From an uncultured Spirochaetaceae bacterium (GTDB taxonomy: Bacteria; Spirochaetota; Spirochaetia; DSM-27196; SLST01), in NCBI GenBank assembly GCA_964537725.1, contig CAZICD010000001.1, positions 63,878 through 127,877 on the forward strand: a DNA stretch of 64,000 nucleotides, written 5' to 3'. A program made the position numbers and the translations under genes. Every line of letters begins with the position of its first letter. Position 1 is the first letter of the stretch. Under the pieces are notes generated by a model, which was not told the origin of the DNA, did not search any database, and saw only the letters and a list, made by a program, of their open reading frames with translations. Below, in pieces: positions 61,939 through 64,000 of this stretch.

Positions 61939-62424
61939 ATGAAAAAGCTCGCGTTCGTCGTTCTCGTGGCTGCGCTGCTCACTCTCGTCGCGACTCCCGG
62001 GATCTCGCAGGTAACCCCGCAGGAGTTCGAGTCGGTCATCAACTTCGAGGATTCGATCGAATCGCTCGCGACGCTCGTCAACACCGGCGCGTACGATCGG
62101 ATAGACGTGGACCGCTACTACGTCCTCGACGGCGCGGTCGCATCCACGCAGATCTTCAATCCGGACCCCGAATCGTTCCAGGCGGTCATCGAGCTCGTCT
62201 CGAGCGAATGGGTCGGCCTCGAGCGCATCGAGGCGTACCATATCTACGTGCTCGTCGAAGGCCCGGAGTACGCCGCGCGTATCCCGGAGAGAATGCCGCG
62301 CGACCCGGGACCCGAAGTCATCCAGACCAATCAGGAGCTGCTCGTCATCGGTCCGTTCATCGGGACCGCGATGCTCGACGCCTCCACCGAAGTGGCGGTC
62401 ATCCAGGCGGTCGCGCTGCGCTGA
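61939..62424 (+). CDS. Small secreted hypothetical protein
   Basis: 161 aa from the ATG after GGGAGGAGAG. Signal peptide (MKKLAFVVLVAALLTLVATPGISQ). No family recognised. Confidence 0.55.
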   Translation: MKKLAFVVLVAALLTLVATPGISQVTPQEFESVINFEDSIESLATLVNTGAYDRIDVDRYYVLDGAVASTQIFNPDPESFQAVIELVSSEWVGLERIEAYHIYVLVEGPEYAARIPERMPRDPGPEVIQTNQELLVIGPFIGTAMLDASTEVAVIQAVALR

Positions 62425-62432
62425 GCGCAGCC

Positions 62433-63569
<1,137 letters not shown>

Positions 63570-63588
63570 AAAAAATCTCCAGACGAAT

Positions 63589-63617
63589 ATTGTATACCCG
63601 ACCCGTGCAGTCGTCAA
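63589..63617 (-). promoter_or_regulatory. Sigma-70-like promoter TTGACG-17-TACAAT for the sigma-54 activator gene
   Basis: On the minus strand the -35 is at 63617-63612, the spacer is 17 nt, and the -10 is at 63594-63589, 19 nt before GTG 63569. Confidence 0.5.
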
Positions 63618-63661
63618 GCGAAACGTGGTGACGGGCGGGGTGCAACGGGGTAAGCTCAGGT

Positions 63662-64000
63662 ATGGATCGCGATCCTCTCCTGCACGGACTCGTCGAGCCG
63701 GATCGCGTGCTGCGGCTGCTCTCTCTGGGACTCCTGGGAGCGCTGCTCATGCTCGCCGACGGATACGTGCTCATCATCGTGTCGCGTCAGATCGGCATCT
63801 ATCTGCTGCTGGCGGCGGTCGCGTCGACGGGCCTGCTCGCGATCGTGCTCGTCATCGCCGCCTATCGCGCGGAGGTCGAGCAGATGTGGCAGACGGTCCG
63901 CGACGGCCGCTACCCGCGGCGCCAGTTTCGGCGCCTCGTGCCCCTGCTCGCCGCGGCGTTCCTCCTCCTCGTACCCGGCTTCGTCACCGACGCGGTGGGT
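63662..64000 (+). CDS. fxsA: FxsA-family membrane protein (5' partial, runs off the window)
   Basis: Not in the ORF track because no stop is reached. ATG 63662 gives MDRDPLL..., two TM helices, then LLLVPGFVTDAVG, which matches the PGF-TD signature of FxsA. Confidence 0.65.
   Translation, partial: MDRDPLLHGLVEPDRVLRLLSLGLLGALLMLADGYVLIIVSRQIGIYLLLAAVASTGLLAIVLVIAAYRAEVEQMWQTVRDGRYPRRQFRRLVPLLAAAFLLLVPGFVTDAVG

Overview
GC-rich (about two-thirds G+C by eye) bacterial chromosomal segment, densely packed with about 58 protein genes. I saw no rRNA, tRNA, CRISPR array, transposase or integrase. I cannot assign a taxon from the sequence alone. Many gene pairs abut or overlap (ATGA or 8-nt overlaps). 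Many very long ORFs in the track are antisense artefacts of the GC bias. Housekeeping content: serA, radA, tkt, xylB, leuB, hisA/hisE, pyrC, coaX, thrC, aspartate kinase, murA. Signalling content: a PAS-GAF-GGDEF cyclase, two class III nucleotidyl cyclases, a receiver/CheX-like/HisKA_2-kinase operon, an ECF sigma/anti-sigma pair and a sigma-54 activator. Also present are an arsC/acr3/arsR cluster, an ABC exporter pair, and a GH2 mannosidase with an AraC regulator. The most unusual region is 58.9-63.6 kb. It holds a four-gene PspA/IM30 operon whose partners I do not recognise as a described system: a STAS-zinc-ribbon fusion, a YbjN/CesT-like protein, a PspA with a Vipp1-like tail, and an OmpR-type regulator with a dead receiver. 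The operon is driven by a near-consensus sigma-70 promoter. Upstream lies an HTH-less sigma-54 activator with a pseudo-receiver. Downstream lies an AT-rich convergent spacer carrying two perfect DnaA boxes. Other points: a 17-bp x4 tandem repeat in the tkt/leuB promoter region, a recurrent leaderless-type promoter geometry, a cyclase-wHTH-2TM-coiled-coil protein, a degenerate HisI half fused to HisE, and a palindromic operator shared by divergent ars promoters. All family calls come from motif recognition by eye and no database search was run.
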